A DNA stretch of 64,000 nucleotides from Dimorphilus gyrociliatus (GCA_904063045.1 CAJFCJ010000019.1:2371700-2435699), one strand, 5' to 3'. Numbered from the stretch's first letter, positions 26,168 to 40,840 are shown. Made by a program: numbers and translations. The notes: generated from the sequence alone by a model not told the origin.

Positions 26168-28856
26168 ATGGCAACCAAAAAGACTACGAAAAAAAGTGGG
26201 AAAAAGGGTATTGAAAGTTCCCCAACAATAGATAATTCAACACCCGAGGAAAATTCTTTAAAAGTTGAGAGTATAGTAGAAGAAACTACAGATAAGGAAG
26301 AAGATAATAAAGAAACTCCTGAAGAAGCAAAGGCAGTAGAGCTGGAAGAAGAGTATGAAATCCCTGTTTTAGCTCAGATTATTGTAGAAAATTACGAAGG
26401 GGATATAGAAAAAGGCTTCTTTCATGGAAACGGTGAAGCTAGTTTCGAAGGCGGATGCCATTATAAGGGCCAATTTGTTAAAGGCGAAATGCATGGAGAA
26501 GGCATTTATACTTGGCCCGATGGATTGGTTTACGAAGGTAATTTTGAGCGCAATAGAATAAATGGAAAGGGTAAATATTATTGGTTGGATGGAACTGTTT
26601 ACGAGGGGGAAGTTGAAAATGGTGTTAGACAAGGATATGGTACTCAAGTCATTAAAGGAGGGAAAAAATACGAAGGGGAGTGGAAGTTAGGTAAAAGATG
26701 TGGAAGAGGGAAAATGGACTATGATGAAGAGGGAACGAGTTATTATAGTGGAGACTGGGTTGACAACATAAGACAAGGTTAAATTTCTTATTAATTTTTT
26801 ATTAAACAAGCAATCACGTAAAAATGTATTGTTAGGCTGGGGCATGAGAAGATATCCGTCAGGATCAATTTATGTTGGATGTTGGTGGAGGAACCGTCGG
26901 CATGGGCATGGAAAAATGAGATGGAAAAATGAATATTATGTTGGAGAGTTTAAGGATGGTATTCAACACGGACGTGGGCAACACGTTTGGCTATCTAAAG
27001 GAAAGTCTGATAGCTCTCAGTACCCGCTTCGAAATATATACGATGGTGAATGGAAAATGGGTGAAAGAGAAGGATATGGAGTTTTCTTTTACGCTAATGG
27101 AGCACGGTATATCTTCATAATACTCCTAAAAAGTATAATATCTAAAAATTGCTTTATTTTTTAATAGCTACGAGGGTCAATGGAAAAGAAATGCAAAAGA
27201 GGGAAAAGGAAAATTTATCTTCAAGAATGGTAGAGTTTACGAGGGAGAATTTCACAAAGATCATATTGTAGATTATCCTGATTTCACTATGGATCACGCA
27301 ACTACCCCTGATTTGACTAACATAAGAACGCGAACTCCTCTACCAAGTGAGGCTGCAATGTCCGTCCAATCCAATGAGAGTAGAAATACATTAGGACCAA
27401 GCTTTCAATTAGATATACCAATAGAAGCTCAAGATGATGCAGATCAGGTTGTTTTCATATTCTTAATTGAATTGCAAAGTTGATTCAAACGCTAACATAA
27501 TCACTTTAAAATAGGTCAAGAACATCGTTATTAGATATATTACGGAATTAAGAAAGATATATTCATTTTATAGCTGTTTGGGTATTGATCATGAAAAAGA
27601 TCCGGAAGAAGTTTATGTCATGGATAAATTACAATTTTGGCGTTTCTTGAAAGACATTAAGCTACACCTCCGACAGTCTTTATTCGACCTTGATCTAATT
27701 CTTGGTACAAGGCATGATCCTGATCAGCCCGTTTTATTCAGAGATTTTCTTCAATATATTGTTAACCTTTCCGCTCATATATATGGCAGTAATAATTTAG
27801 CCGCATCTGTAAAGAGATTAATTGGTGAAAATATCCTTAAGTATGCTTGTACAGTTGGTGGTCTTATTTTTTCTGATCCAAGGAGAACTCCACATATTAC
27901 ATCTTATCGGAGAGATGCCTATGCTATATTTCTAGCACTTGGAGGAGAGTCTTTAACAGCTCGACAGTTCCTCATATTGTTAAAAACTCTTAATTTATTA
28001 TCAAAGGAACTAACGGCAAAAAATGTTATTGATGTCTTGGCTAGTGATGATGATCTTATTCGCCCTGAAGAAAATGCTCTAAACCTTGAAAGGAAAATCG
28101 TTTTCTTAGAGTTTTTAGAGGCTCTCGTTGGGTGTGCCCAAGTGTTTGTCACACCGGACTTAGCTCAGAGTGCTGTAAGGGCCTCATTGACACCTTCGCC
28201 TCCACCATCTATGACACTTCAGGAACCACAAGACGCAGAAATCATTGAAGTAAAGAGTGCTGTAAGTCTTACAGAAAGGAAATCTTCATCTAAAGCTTTT
28301 ATTAAAGAAGATTCGAAAGCTAGTATTAATGTAGCAAAAACACCAGGTTAGCGTTTTTCCTCAGCAATAAATCATTGCTCTTTAAAAAGTCATAAAAGAG
28401 AATAATTGCGTAATATTTTTTATTATCTAAAATATAGAATTAGATTATGATAAAGCGCCTGCGTCGGCGACTGAAGAGGGTAGAAGCTTAGCTGAAGAAG
28501 AGTTTATCGAAGAAGTTGGCGAAGAGGAAGAAGAGGAGAAAGACTGGGAAAAAGAAGCTGAAGACGAAATGGACGAATCAACAAGGCAGTATCATTTATG
28601 GACTCACCAAATTCACGTCTTCTTTAAACTAAACTTTTTTCCTTCTGCTGAAAAGGAAATTATATTAGCAAAAGCCATAGAATGCAGATTAAAATATGAG
28701 AAGAAGCACCAGAGGTGTTTAGAGAGGATAAGAAAAGAAAAAGATGACACAGATTGGCCGGATGCGCAGAGGAGTATCGAAGATGAAGACAGGTCAAGGG
28801 CAGCAACAGCTAGTCAAGGACAATTGTCCAGCGCCAATATAAGTACTGTGGCTTAA
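26168..28856 (+). CDS. RSPH10B: Radial spoke head 10B-like MORN-repeat protein
   Basis: Acidic N-terminus, many MORN repeats (YEGEW..G.R.G.G), then MDKLQFWRFLKD and IVFLEFLEALVGCA; multi-exon, in phase. Confidence 0.85.
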
Positions 28857-31800
28857 CAAAAAAGACTGATAAAGCGTAGTAATATTTAAAAAGGAATAAA
28901 TAAAATACTTTATATGAAATTTTTAATAGAATAAAAATATTGAAAAAAATAAAAAGACTTTCTAAATGGATTTTCAAATTTAATCTTCTCTTGGAATAGT
29001 AGTTTATATGATGAAATTAAAAACTAATTATAGCTTGTTTAAAGGAAGATAAAGATAGAAGAAGAAAGAGAATAAAATCTATTAATTCTACTTAAATTGA
29101 TAAAGACATAAAAGATTTTGTAAAATTCGATTAAAACATTATCAATTTCTACAGCTTGTCGATGAATTATGGTTTCAAAACACAAGTATAACAAGAATAT
29201 ATCCTGGTAGACATATTAAGTATAATCTATACAGTATGTAAAGCCTGTATCTTATCCATTGTACCTTTTATATTCACTCACAGTAGCGTAAATAAAAATA
29301 TTAGTGGTGGCTTTCACATCTATACATCTTTTTCTCTCGAATTCGTGTCACTTTCTATTTAATTATATAGTGGAAAAGTACTTGACAAAGTCACGCTTAT
29401 CACGTTTATACGCCTACTTAAATTGGTACCCTATCGTCATTTTGAAAGGAAAGAGAAGGATAAAAATATAAGATCAAAAATTTATGAATTTAGACAACTA
29501 TTGGTTTTAATAAGTATTAATGTATTACTTCTTTCTCTACAACCCTTTATTTAATTTTTCTTCTGGTATAGTACTCAATTTAGTAAACCTATTTACAAGT
29601 CGACCTTAATTAGTCGCAGGTGGTAGGGTTCGCACTTAATATACGATTACATCCCCTTTCGCTAAACATCTAGAAAATATTGTCTAGTTTCATTTGGTTA
29701 TAAAATACTTACGGAAAGCTATTTTAAAACGGGAAAAGGCCTAAGGAAGAGTGAGAGAGAGAGAGAGAGACGAGGAAAGAGATTCCTCATTTGACACTCT
29801 CTTTTATTAGATATTAAAAACAGCAATTTTTATCATCTACAAGTCCTTATAGGGTGATAATTATATTTCTTTTATAGAAAAGCTTTGAATCTTCTTATAT
29901 ATAGATTTTCTTGGAAATTTCATGTCTTCAAATTTTTTAAGAAAAGAGCTCAATTAAATTTTCTAAATTTTACAGGAAAGAAAAAAAAACTATCGTCTGC
30001 ACTGACAATTTCTTCACAAGTTATATTAATACAGGTGGGCTGAATTTAGTTCATTTAGATTATTAACTGTAATTGAGAGAAAAATATTGCTAACAAGTTA
30101 TTATTAATGCTATTATTTAGCAATAACAAACAAATACAGTCAGTTTTGTTAATAATATCTAGAAGCATTTGTTTTTGTTGACAAACTATACTGAACCCAT
30201 ATTCTTGGAATAGGAATACGAAAGAGAGAGAGAGAGAGAGTAAAGGAACTCTCCACCCCTGCGAAATTTATTACGAGTTTAGACAATTGATAAAGAATAT
30301 CTGAGCAACGCACTACGTATTGACAAGAGGATTAACTAGGGGAAATTATGGATAAGTCACATGATCTCTTTCAGAGATTTATAACGTAGTAGAAAAAAGG
30401 ATCGAGATAAACAATATGTTAGGTTTCCTAATAATATGAAAGATGCTATTATTCTATACCACTAAATATCTATATTGCATTATTTATAATGGACAGTTTA
30501 TTTAAAAACTGGATATAAATCGATTATTCTTTAAAGTTTATATAATGAGAAATTAACATTTTCCCCAAATTAGCTGTCTTTTTTCAGTTAAAATCCTGCA
30601 AACTTAGTTTGTCGCGACGTTAAATGAAAAGAATACATAGTGTTAAGTTGTATTCTTTTTAAATGAAAAGATATTGTCGTATGAAAAAGAAATTACGCTT
30701 GTTTAGACGCTTTAAAAAATGGGGCAAGAAATTGGCTTAGCATCCATCCGAGGTTTATATAGAAGAAAAAATAGTAATAATAGAAAAGTAGAGAGAATCT
30801 ATATCTTGTTAAGTAGTTCTTTTGTCAACTTTTTTCCTTTATAGTTTTCTCATTTGGGGTTTTTTTTTTTTAAGAAAAAAAGAGGAAATAAAGAAATATT
30901 AAGAGAGACGGATAGATAGAGATACAGATAGAGATAATTACGGAAAACTTTATATTATATTCTTTCATTTTTCTTTTTCGCTAATTTTTAAATATTTTAT
31001 AAGTTTGATAGAAATGCAAAGAGACAGTTAGCCTAAATCTAAATGACATTTTGTCGTAGTTACATCCTAAGAAGATCATAAAATTTTAAGACAAATGATG
31101 ACTAAAAAATGATACTAATCAGTCTAAGAATTTTCTAAAAGATATATCTTTTGATAGGTAAATAAGTTTGCATTTACGTTCGTTCTCTTTTCTTCTTCCA
31201 AGCAATTTATTTCGTGTCCATCTCTCAAAAGATATTCTCTCCTTTATCTTTATCTCGAATTCTATCTCAATCTCTACGTCTATCTATCTCTCTCTCTTCT
31301 GCTTATATTTTATATTGTCCAGTAGCTTGCAATACAACTTCATTATTTATGTAAAAGAAGCTAAGCGAATGGTATATGTTAGAAGCTGTCTAGTTCAGGA
31401 CGAAGACTCGGAAGTGTTTTGTTTCAAACAGAATTCCAAGTTGTCTCTAACTACGAAGAAATGTTTTCTCATTTAATGAGACAATGTATTGTTCTGGAGT
31501 TGACTAACCTTTATTATGAATTGATAGTTCAATATTTATCCTATGTTTCATATCATGAAACCTCCCAAATTCCCTAAACATAGCTATAATTAAATTTATT
31601 GTTAAATATAAATAGAACTGATAGAAAAATCAATTCCTGACAAACTTTATAAATTGTCTAATAACAAATTTTATACTTAATGAAAATTACGTTTATTTGC
31701 TATTATTTTTATATTTTTCAATCCTTCTAAAAATAGTTCAAAAGATACTTTGGGACAATATCATTCCTATCTCTCTTCCTCTCTCCCTGCACTTTTTCCT

Positions 31801-34800
31801 TTTCTGCTTGTCTCTTTCTATCTTGTTTTTTTTCCCTTTTTTTTATCTTTATTTTAATATTTATACACTTTGCCATATATGTACACAATTATTCTATATA
31901 AATACAAAGGTTTTATGTTACATTACTGGAAGTTTACCATTGTAAAGGAGGACGAAAAAGAAGAACATAGAGAGGAATAAGAGGAAATTGACGCTGTAGA
32001 GGAATCTCAATAAATAGAAAATTAAATTAAACCTAACATAATTGACGTTCATTTTCGTAAGAATACTATTTTTTTCGCTTTAAAAGTAGCAAAGTAGTTG
32101 CTTAGATAGATTGAGAGAGAGAGTGAGAGAGAAAACGAAAGAAAAAAAAGTAAGATGAGAAGTAAGGATGAGGATGAGGAGGGAGATAGGTGAAGAAAGA
32201 GTATTTCTTGGGTGTTTTTTTCTTTTATTTGTTCTATTTTAAAAGCTATTTCTAATTCATTCTAAGAGTATAATTGATCAACAAGTCCTCATTCTAGACT
32301 CTTTTATCTTGTGTGTTTGGTACATTTTTTTAATTCTCTTCCTAAGCTACTTTAAATAAAGCAATAGGGTGTTTTTTAAAAAAAGAGGAAGTCATAAATA
32401 ACGCAAAGAGAAGACATCGAATAGTGCGCCTTCTAAAGAGAAAGGTAATATTCATGAATACCTTGGGAGCAGAGACTCTTCGAGAAAATTAATTCTCTTA
32501 TCTTTCTTTTATTTTCCATTTACGTTTCGAAATATAATAAAAAATTTATCAATAATTTGAGAATTGAATTTTCGCCTATAAGAATAACTATCCTAAATAT
32601 TTTATCTGGTCGATAGATGTCGCCTCAACAAAAAAAGTGACGCTCATAATAAGAACTCTTAAAAGTCCTCATCGTCTCAAAATGCCAATCACTCTTCTAC
32701 CGTAATCCGATCGACTAGCAGTTGACCAAGACAGAAAAAAGGAGAGGAGAGAAAAAAACACGGAACAGAAATTGGACAAAATATCTGCTGGCATTAATCA
32801 GAATAAAATAAAAGAAAACGAGAAAATCTACAAGGAAATCTCTTTAAACAAAAGGTAAACTTCAATTTCCAATTGACAGTATTGGAATCTCTTTACATTA
32901 GAAAAGTTGGCTAAAATCGTTTCTATATTTAAATCTATCGATAGTTGATTAAATTTCTAAAACTTGTCCATAATTATCATATTTATCCCTTTCTTATTAT
33001 TGTCTCTTCCTCCCCCATCTTATCCATAGAAATTATCTTCTGCTTCTTCTGTCTTGTCATTCCGTTCTTCTAACGCGAGTTCGAATTAATTAGACTATCT
33101 CCAGATAAGTTTATTGATGACCGTTTGGTGAGAGACAATTCTCTTCCTAGGCCTAACTCCCCTTCCATCTTACACTTAAAGAAATTGTCTCTTTCCGGAA
33201 TAACTTTGTATAACTAAAACCGAAATCTTTCGAATCGTCAAGAAGAGTTAGCTAATCGAATATTCAGCGATATTTAAAAGAGAACACATCCATGCCCACA
33301 AGTATTTGTGAATAAAGTTTTAACAAAACTCAATTATATGCATATAATTTCTCTTCTATCAGTTTTCAATTCGTATAGGACTATATATGCAATTTAATTA
33401 TGAGAATGGAACGCTATTTGATGTTTTTTTTCCTAAGTTATTGAGCTAAAAACTTGCGCATTACATAAAAGATTATTTTATAGAAACATTTTATTTAAAG
33501 AGTAAAACATACGCTGTGTAGTAAATAAAGAAATTAATACAACGCCATTTCCTGCAATATGCAGTATATGAACTTGTCTATACTATATAGACTTTATATT
33601 ATTATATATGGATATAAAGGAAATAGAAAGACATTTGTCGAACTAGTTCTTTAACTGTTAAGAAGAGAGTATAACATTAGACAGTTGTATAGATACAGTC
33701 TTCTCCGTTTCTCTTCTTTTGGACCATTAAGAATAAGACGATCTGACGTCTTCTTCATACGTTTTCACTTTTATTTGCTAATTTATTTCCTTGCTTTTAC
33801 CGAGCATGATGTTTCTTAGCTGATCTTCTAACGTAGAAATAGGTTTAAAAAGCTTGAGGATATGTATGTCCCTAAATTGTATCAGTTTGGGTTAGAGTAC
33901 CAATTCGCTTCCCCTCTGTGTAACGATTAATTCCATTTTCCGATCTTTCCTAATCGCCCTATCTTCAGCGTCATTGGAATAAATTGGTCCCCTCTATAAA
34001 TAAAAAACGATATACAATCTGCCTTTCCATTTTTATAAGAGTATATAAAACCTATCGATATCATTTAACCTTATATCTTCGCTTATTAGAGAACCCGATT
34101 CACTGTGCAATTAAATCAGCTCAAAAGCCGGGCACACTTGCAAGTTGAGGGTAATAAGGCGAAGCGTTACAAGTATTTATTGCTTAATTGAAAAAAATCG
34201 AGCGTCTCTTTCCTCCACACCTATCTAAAAACTTTTTATGAATGATGGAATCTGTCCAAAAAATGGAATATTCACTCGAAAAGAGAAAAAGATACTATAC
34301 AAATCCTGCATTATTTGCACCTAAATTTTATTATTATAAGACTTTGTCGTCGTCTGATTAAAAACGGATTTTCTCTTGATTATTAGATCAAAGCTCCTAA
34401 GTTTCTTAACCATTTTTTTCATCTATATACGGACAGTTTTCCTTCTTTTTCCTTTTTTCCTCATTTCTACTATTTTATAGCTTAAATTTATTTCTGTTTA
34501 TATTCTAAGCATACGACAAAGGAAAGTGACAAACAACAATAAGAACCAACGATAATGAATGGGATAATTTTTTATGCTAGAGAAGAGAAAAAAAAAATTA
34601 CAACTACCGTTTTTGTTTATTATTAACGCATAGACATTTATAAGTAATTAATTATATATAAAAAAAGCATGATATCCTTAGGAAAGAGATTCTATTATAT
34701 TTACTTGAATTAAATATGTTGTGTACTATATTCCTTTTTACATAACTAATTAATTTAATTGGGTGAGCGGAAAACTGCAAAGTAGAGAAAAAAACAATAC

Positions 34801-35169
34801 AATCTATTTTTAGGGTAGAGTTTCAGTTCAATAATTTCATTTTCTGTAGATAAATTATAAGCAACTTACTATTTCTACAGATCAATTATCATTAAGGCTT
34901 GGTGAAGGATTACATAGAATAAGGATTAATATCGTCTATCTTATTTATATAGTTGTAAGAATTAGCAGAAAATATAAGAAAAACATATTCATTATTTCAA
35001 AATTTGACAAGCATTTTCAATTTTTTAACACCTATCTATCTCTTCCTCTTATCCTCTCCTATACGCATTCCATTATTAAAAGACATGACGAGTTTTTTTC
35101 ACTCCTATTCGATATAACACTATAGGCTGAATTGTTTTTATATCAATTGCAGGGATATATTGATATAAA

Positions 35170-36304
35170 ATGATCGCGTTCGTCTTCGTCTCGAGAATCG
35201 TCGGACTGGTAAGTACTATAAAATAGGGTAGCACCGTAATTAATCACTGCCTCTAAGAGTAACTCGTTTATATCGAAAAGCTCCTAGGAATATTCGCCTT
35301 TTCCACAACGACTTCACACAGTACCACTAGCATCATTCATGTTCACTGCCCAATAGAAAATTCTATGGTACAGATCAACATAAATGTTTCATTTCCCTAT
35401 AATATTGCAAGTAATGGATTTAAAACGGATCCTTGCAATCCAAAATCAGCCGATTCACATCCATACGGATCGTATGCATTCCAATCAATCGGTTTCGTCG
35501 TCCTTGCTATACTCAGCTCTTTAGTATGCCTTCTTGGCTTAATTGTTTATATCTGTTTCGACGAAGCCTATAGGGAAAACTACAAATTACCAAACGCTGA
35601 TTTTTTATTGTCCGTCGTTATTGTCTGCTTATGGATCGTTTGTACGACAGTCTGGGCGGACGGATTTGTCAAGGTAGGACAAACTTAAGTCCCTTGGGAG
35701 ATAATAATTTGACTTTTGTTTTATTTTTGAGCCTAATTAATTACCTTTTATTATGTATTCTTTTATCCGATATCCTGCTTGTAGATTCAAGATATTTATC
35801 CTCCTTTTTCGTTGAAATGACTCCTTATATAGTTCATTCTAAGTTTTAGTTATTACATTGTCTTTAGTAGAGGGATCTTTTTTTTAAATCAATATTCCTA
35901 TAGCTCCTTCTGATTGTCCCCTCTTGGGTCTCTAAACAATTTAACTGACTTTACTTAATCAATCAAAACGCTTGTTGATAAACAGATAAAACATTATATC
36001 GATCTGCAAACACTACGGGTCAACGGCCACTTGGAGGGTTGCAAGGATTTGCCTCATAAATGCATTACCGTAAGCCACGGAAAATTTGCTAGCATTTATG
36101 CTTCATTGGTAAATTGTCATTGATTTAAATTTTTCGTATAATATAATCTGGTCTTCTTCCCTTATTTATTCCTTGCAGTGTTTCGGTTACCTTAACGCTC
36201 TACTTTGGGCTGGTAAACTGTGGTTTCTCTTCTCTGAAACGTCTTTCTACAAAGGTCAACCGGTACCTATAAAGGAAGAAGACTGCGAACCATTTCGAAT
36301 TTGA
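35170..36304 (+). CDS. Synaptophysin/synaptoporin-like MARVEL tetraspan protein, divergent
   Basis: Exons 35170-35208, 35281-35673 (LLGIFAFSTT..FPY..four-TM pattern), 35986-36108, 36179-36304 (CFGYLNALLWAGKLWFLFSET, compare physin FGFLNxxLWxGNxWFxxKET). Confidence 0.75.
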
Positions 36305-37541
36305 GTCTCTTTTTATTTTAATAAATAAATTAAAGTCGTCAATTATTTATAATAAATAATGAAAAGACTTTATCATATAAGACGTCAATCATAGAATTTT
36401 TAAATAGACTATAAATGGGTTTGTTGTTATTCTATAAGTTATTTTTAATAGTTTGATAATTTACATTTTTCCCTTTTTATAAAACAAGAGGAAATGTCTA
36501 GTCGTATATCTATCAGTACAATCTTATAGGAAATTAATGATCTTTATTCTCAAAAAATAACGCCATCTAAGGGAAGGAAATGAATTACCTCAGAGAAGTA
36601 GCGGTGAAATCAATAGCCATGGCAGTAAATTGATAGTATAGTGGTTTGACATCAATTTTAGCACATTTTAGGTTTGGTAAAAAATTGCAGATTGCCCATG
36701 GCAAAATAATACATTAAACATCGAAAGGGGCTACTGAAAGAGCAATTTCTTTCTGCTCTACTCTGACACAGTCGTTTGTTTATTATATTGGATGCATCAT
36801 TTCTATGCAACCGGATAGGTTGTTGTCAATTCAGCAGTAAAACGTTTGACGTTATATTGAAAAGCGAAAGGAACCAACGATTTTATTTACTCCACTATCG
36901 TAATGCCACATGGAAGCGGTCCCAAAGCCTACTTGCCATGATTAGCTGATAGCTAATATCGTTTCCCTTCAAAGTAGCCTTCAACGAAGATATAGCTGTC
37001 AATATAAAACTAATAGCCAAATCAACGAAACTATTCCATATGTTTTACATATTCAAATTTTATTTACCAAGGTCATTGATGTATAGGGCAATCAAGAAAC
37101 CTGTTTCCCAGAAATATACGAATTTATTATGCAACGATTTGGCATTTTAATGAAATTCCCATTCTGTTTCTAGGGGTACAACTAATTTCTCGGTTCAATA
37201 AACAAATAATCTCTATAGATTTAAACTCTATTTAAAGTGTAGTTAATATTTCTAATAAATACATCTCAAGAGAATGCAACTTAATGGTTGAGTAAACATG
37301 TTGTGTATAATTACGTCTCTCCCCAAAGAGAAACAAAAATTGAGATAATTCCTATGTATATTACAAGAAATATGCGTGTAATTCATTAATAATAACTAGA
37401 AAAAATAATTTCTAAACTTTTCTTTCTTAGTTTCTTTTTTAGAAAAAAAATTGCATGTCAATTGTAAAAACTTTGATCATTTATAATTTTAGAATATTGT
37501 ATATTTCTTACTGAAAAATTTACAAAAAAACACAAACGAAC

Positions 37542-38465
37542 CTACAACTCTTTTATAACGTCCTGAAGCTCATCCTTTGAAAACATTTGAAACATCTTTT
37601 CAGGGGTTACGACCGCCATCTAAGTTCAAATTTAAAAGATTTTAATATGGAAGTGGAAAATTTAATAAAAATGTACATACCTCAACGTTGGTTTCATTTA
37701 ATTTTTCTTCCATTACTTGCTTAAGGATGGTAAGAGCCTGTTTACAAGCTTCTTTCAAGGTCATTGATTTATGGTAGACGTCTTGCAACGCTTGTTGAGC
37801 GCCTTCCGAACCGGATCCAATCGCCTTTGCATCGTACTGAATGAACGTTCCCGATGGATCCATATGGAACAGTTGTGGTCCTTTTTCATCTACACCGGCA
37901 AACAATAGAGCTACCCCGAATGGTCGACTCTGAAAAGCAAACAATTATATCGTTGATCCATTTTTCTCTAAATGCCAGAGATAAATTGTTTCAGAGTTTG
38001 ACGACTCTTCAAAAAATGTCAGAAAACTCTGAAAAGAAAGTAGGATGTCAAATTTTGATAGCTTACCATTGCACCAGGATCCGCGTCATCATCTCCAAAA
38101 GCTAATGCCAGATTGCTAACTGCTTGAGTAACACTTTCTACACTCATTCTCTCATTGTAAGTAAACCAGTGGTTTTGAGCTTCCAATCTTGCTCTGTCTA
38201 TCATTGTTCTGGAGTCAGCGATAAGTCCACTCATTGCACAACCGATATGAGTGTCAACTTCCATAATCTTTTCAATGCTGTTAGCTTCTATGAGTGGAGA
38301 AGTTACTCTTTTTTCAACGGCTAAAACAACACCCTCGGCCGTTTGTATTCCTATAGCTGTTGAGCCCAATTTTATAGCTTCGATTGCATATTCCACTTGA
38401 AACAGACGACCTTCAGGAGAAAAAGTATTTACACCACGGTCGTATTCTGATCTGGTCAAAAACAT
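37542..38465 (-). CDS. PSMA5: Proteasome subunit alpha type-5
   Basis: [34 protein letters not shown]; exons 38465-38065, about 37930-37682 and about 37619-37542. Confidence 0.97.
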
Positions 38466-38982
38466 TTCTGAAAATAAAAATTCTTTTATGAGTGATTTTT
38501 CAAAATAAAAAGAGTCAAAACAAGATAACATGTGAAGTTTAACAGTATTTACTCAAAAGAATTGACACGTGTTTCTAACTATTATAAATAGATATTTATT
38601 TTTTCTCTGAAGAAATAAGTAACTTAAAAAGTTGAGATACAGTTGGTATATACGTTCACTAAATGCAACATCACTGAGCGATAAACGATAAAATAATAAT
38701 TTCACAAAAAATTTCAAATGAATTAAGCAATTAAATTTGACAAAAATATGGTAAGAGTAAATGAAATCTTACTAGCAGCTAGATATCGAAATGTTTTATT
38801 GAAAAAGACTGTAGATTATGTTATTGAGCCAAGTATATACTCGATGAGAGCCGCTCTGTAAACGGAAACGGAAATTATTTTGAGGATGTGGTCGCCTGAT
38901 CCGTGGCTGGTTTGACATATTATCGCGACAATTTAGTCGGCTAGAAATTTTCTAAATAAAATTGTTCGAAAAAACTGCTGGT

Positions 38983-40737
38983 ATGAGTACTCTAGATATG
39001 CATGATCTTAAAAAATTGGCGAGGGAAGAACTCCAACTAAAGTTCAGTGATACTTATCCCAAAATTTTAGTTGTCGATAATGCTCTCCTTCGCCCGTTAG
39101 ATAAACTATTTGGTAATAGTTTTATTCGGGAAACTGCAAGATTGAAGAGGTTATATACCCTAGACTCCATGGAAGATAAGCTATTTGATGCACAGCACAT
39201 AACTTTTATGATTAGACCGACCTGCGACAAGGTTAAAAGAATTATTAATCACGTTCAAGGCCTTATTGCCAAAGGAAAGAATCACATTTATACACTTGTA
39301 TGTGTACCTAGAAGATTACACGTATGTATGACAATTTTGGAGGAGGAGGGACTACATGACGTCATAAAATTAGATGATTTTGCCATTGATTGCGTTCCAT
39401 TAGACACAGATTTGGTCTCCTTAGAGATTTCTGATTGCTTTTCATCATTATTTTTAGATAAAGATAAAAAATATCTATACGACGTCGCACATTCCTTGCA
39501 CACCTTGTATTGCTGCTTCGGAAAGTTTGTCAATTACTACACAGTTGGCGAAAATGCTCTTGCTGCCTATGAATTATTTGACAAGCTTCTAGTTTGTAAC
39601 GGTGATATATCGCATTCCCGAGAAGATGTATACCATGTACTTCTTGTAGATAGAAATGTCGATCTTATTTCGCCTTTATTATCTTCACAAGTTTATCCCG
39701 CACTAGCCGCCGATATCTTTGATATAAAATGCAGTCAAATTGAACTTTCGCAACAACAGGTTGTTAGCTTTGACAACACTGACCCATTTTATCAACAAAA
39801 ATTTAGAGATGCTTTATATCCAAAAGCACAAACAATACTTAAAGAATTATTAATTACCTTAAAAGATAAAAAGGATGAAAGTAAAACATTGAGAAACGTT
39901 GCGGATATGAAAAATTTCGTTTCAACGGAACTAAAAGGAGCGATGGATATGAAAAATTCGGTTGCCAAACATTTAAAAATATGCGAATTGATTAAATCAA
40001 AGAAATATGACCCTCTACAAAATAATATTGAATTTATTCAAACAATGGAGCAAAAGATGCTTTTGGGAATAGATTATAAAGAAACTGCAACGTTTGTTGA
40101 AGAATTTATCGTTCAACAATCCGATCCTAGTCATGCTTTACGCTTATTATCCTTATTAAATTTAACTCAAGATTGTATTCCTCGCTCTAAAATGGAAGAA
40201 TACTTTAAATATTTCTTACAAGCTTATGGTTTTCAATATTTAACTTGGTTGCACAATGCTAAAAAGGCATCATTCTTGGGAGATTCCGATCAAAGCTTTC
40301 AAACCAGACCTACTTTCAAGACTTTTTCCGGCAAAAAGTGTCCTCTTGTAAATAAAGCCGGCACTGCAGAGAGTAGTAATATTGAAGATAATTTCGCTCC
40401 AAATTACGTGTATGGCGGGTACTATACGCCTCTGGTAGCTCACTTAGTTGACAAACTAATACTGAATAGGCCTGAAACTAAACAGATATATGATGACTAC
40501 GGTAAAATGCTAAATGTTCCCGTAAAATTTTTTACTAAAGGGGAATCTGCTCGAGGTGGAAATCGAAAACCGATGTATACTAAAACGATACTCGTCTATT
40601 TCATTGGAGGCTGTACGAGAGCAGAGCTCTCAGCCCTAAGGACTTATGCAAGACCTTCTAAAAATTATAGACTCATTTTTGCAACAACCGAAATGCTTAA
40701 TAGCGTTTCATTAATAGATTCAGTAAAATGTACATAA
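38983..40737 (+). CDS. VPS33B: Sec1/Munc18 family vacuolar protein sorting 33B, single exon
   Basis: LKKLAREEL, LEEEGL, PLDTDLVSLE, LLVDRNVDL, YFIGGCTRAELSALR. First ATG in the ORF is at 38983. Confidence 0.85.
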   Translation: MSTLDMHDLKKLAREELQLKFSDTYPKILVVDNALLRPLDKLFGNSFIRETARLKRLYTLDSMEDKLFDAQHITFMIRPTCDKVKRIINHVQGLIAKGKNHIYTLVCVPRRLHVCMTILEEEGLHDVIKLDDFAIDCVPLDTDLVSLEISDCFSSLFLDKDKKYLYDVAHSLHTLYCCFGKFVNYYTVGENALAAYELFDKLLVCNGDISHSREDVYHVLLVDRNVDLISPLLSSQVYPALAADIFDIKCSQIELSQQQVVSFDNTDPFYQQKFRDALYPKAQTILKELLITLKDKKDESKTLRNVADMKNFVSTELKGAMDMKNSVAKHLKICELIKSKKYDPLQNNIEFIQTMEQKMLLGIDYKETATFVEEFIVQQSDPSHALRLLSLLNLTQDCIPRSKMEEYFKYFLQAYGFQYLTWLHNAKKASFLGDSDQSFQTRPTFKTFSGKKCPLVNKAGTAESSNIEDNFAPNYVYGGYYTPLVAHLVDKLILNRPETKQIYDDYGKMLNVPVKFFTKGESARGGNRKPMYTKTILVYFIGGCTRAELSALRTYARPSKNYRLIFATTEMLNSVSLIDSVKCT

Positions 40738-40840
40738 ACTAACTACTCAATTATCATTAATATTCCAGTAACTTTTTACATAATGCTTGCTTCTTTACAT
40801 TTTTGTTGATTTATATTTGTTAATTATCGAATTGAATTAA

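Noticed and set aside
27831-27840. ATATCCTT (U12 donor-like) in RSPH10B
   Set aside because: Lies inside an open, homologous coding exon, with no matching branch site or AC acceptor needed
36540-37200. Slightly GC-richer segment between the physin gene and PSMA5, with splice-like sites and an MRP-like GGGGCT
   Set aside because: All frames are interrupted and the partner RNase P/MRP motif was not found; cannot support a gene or ncRNA
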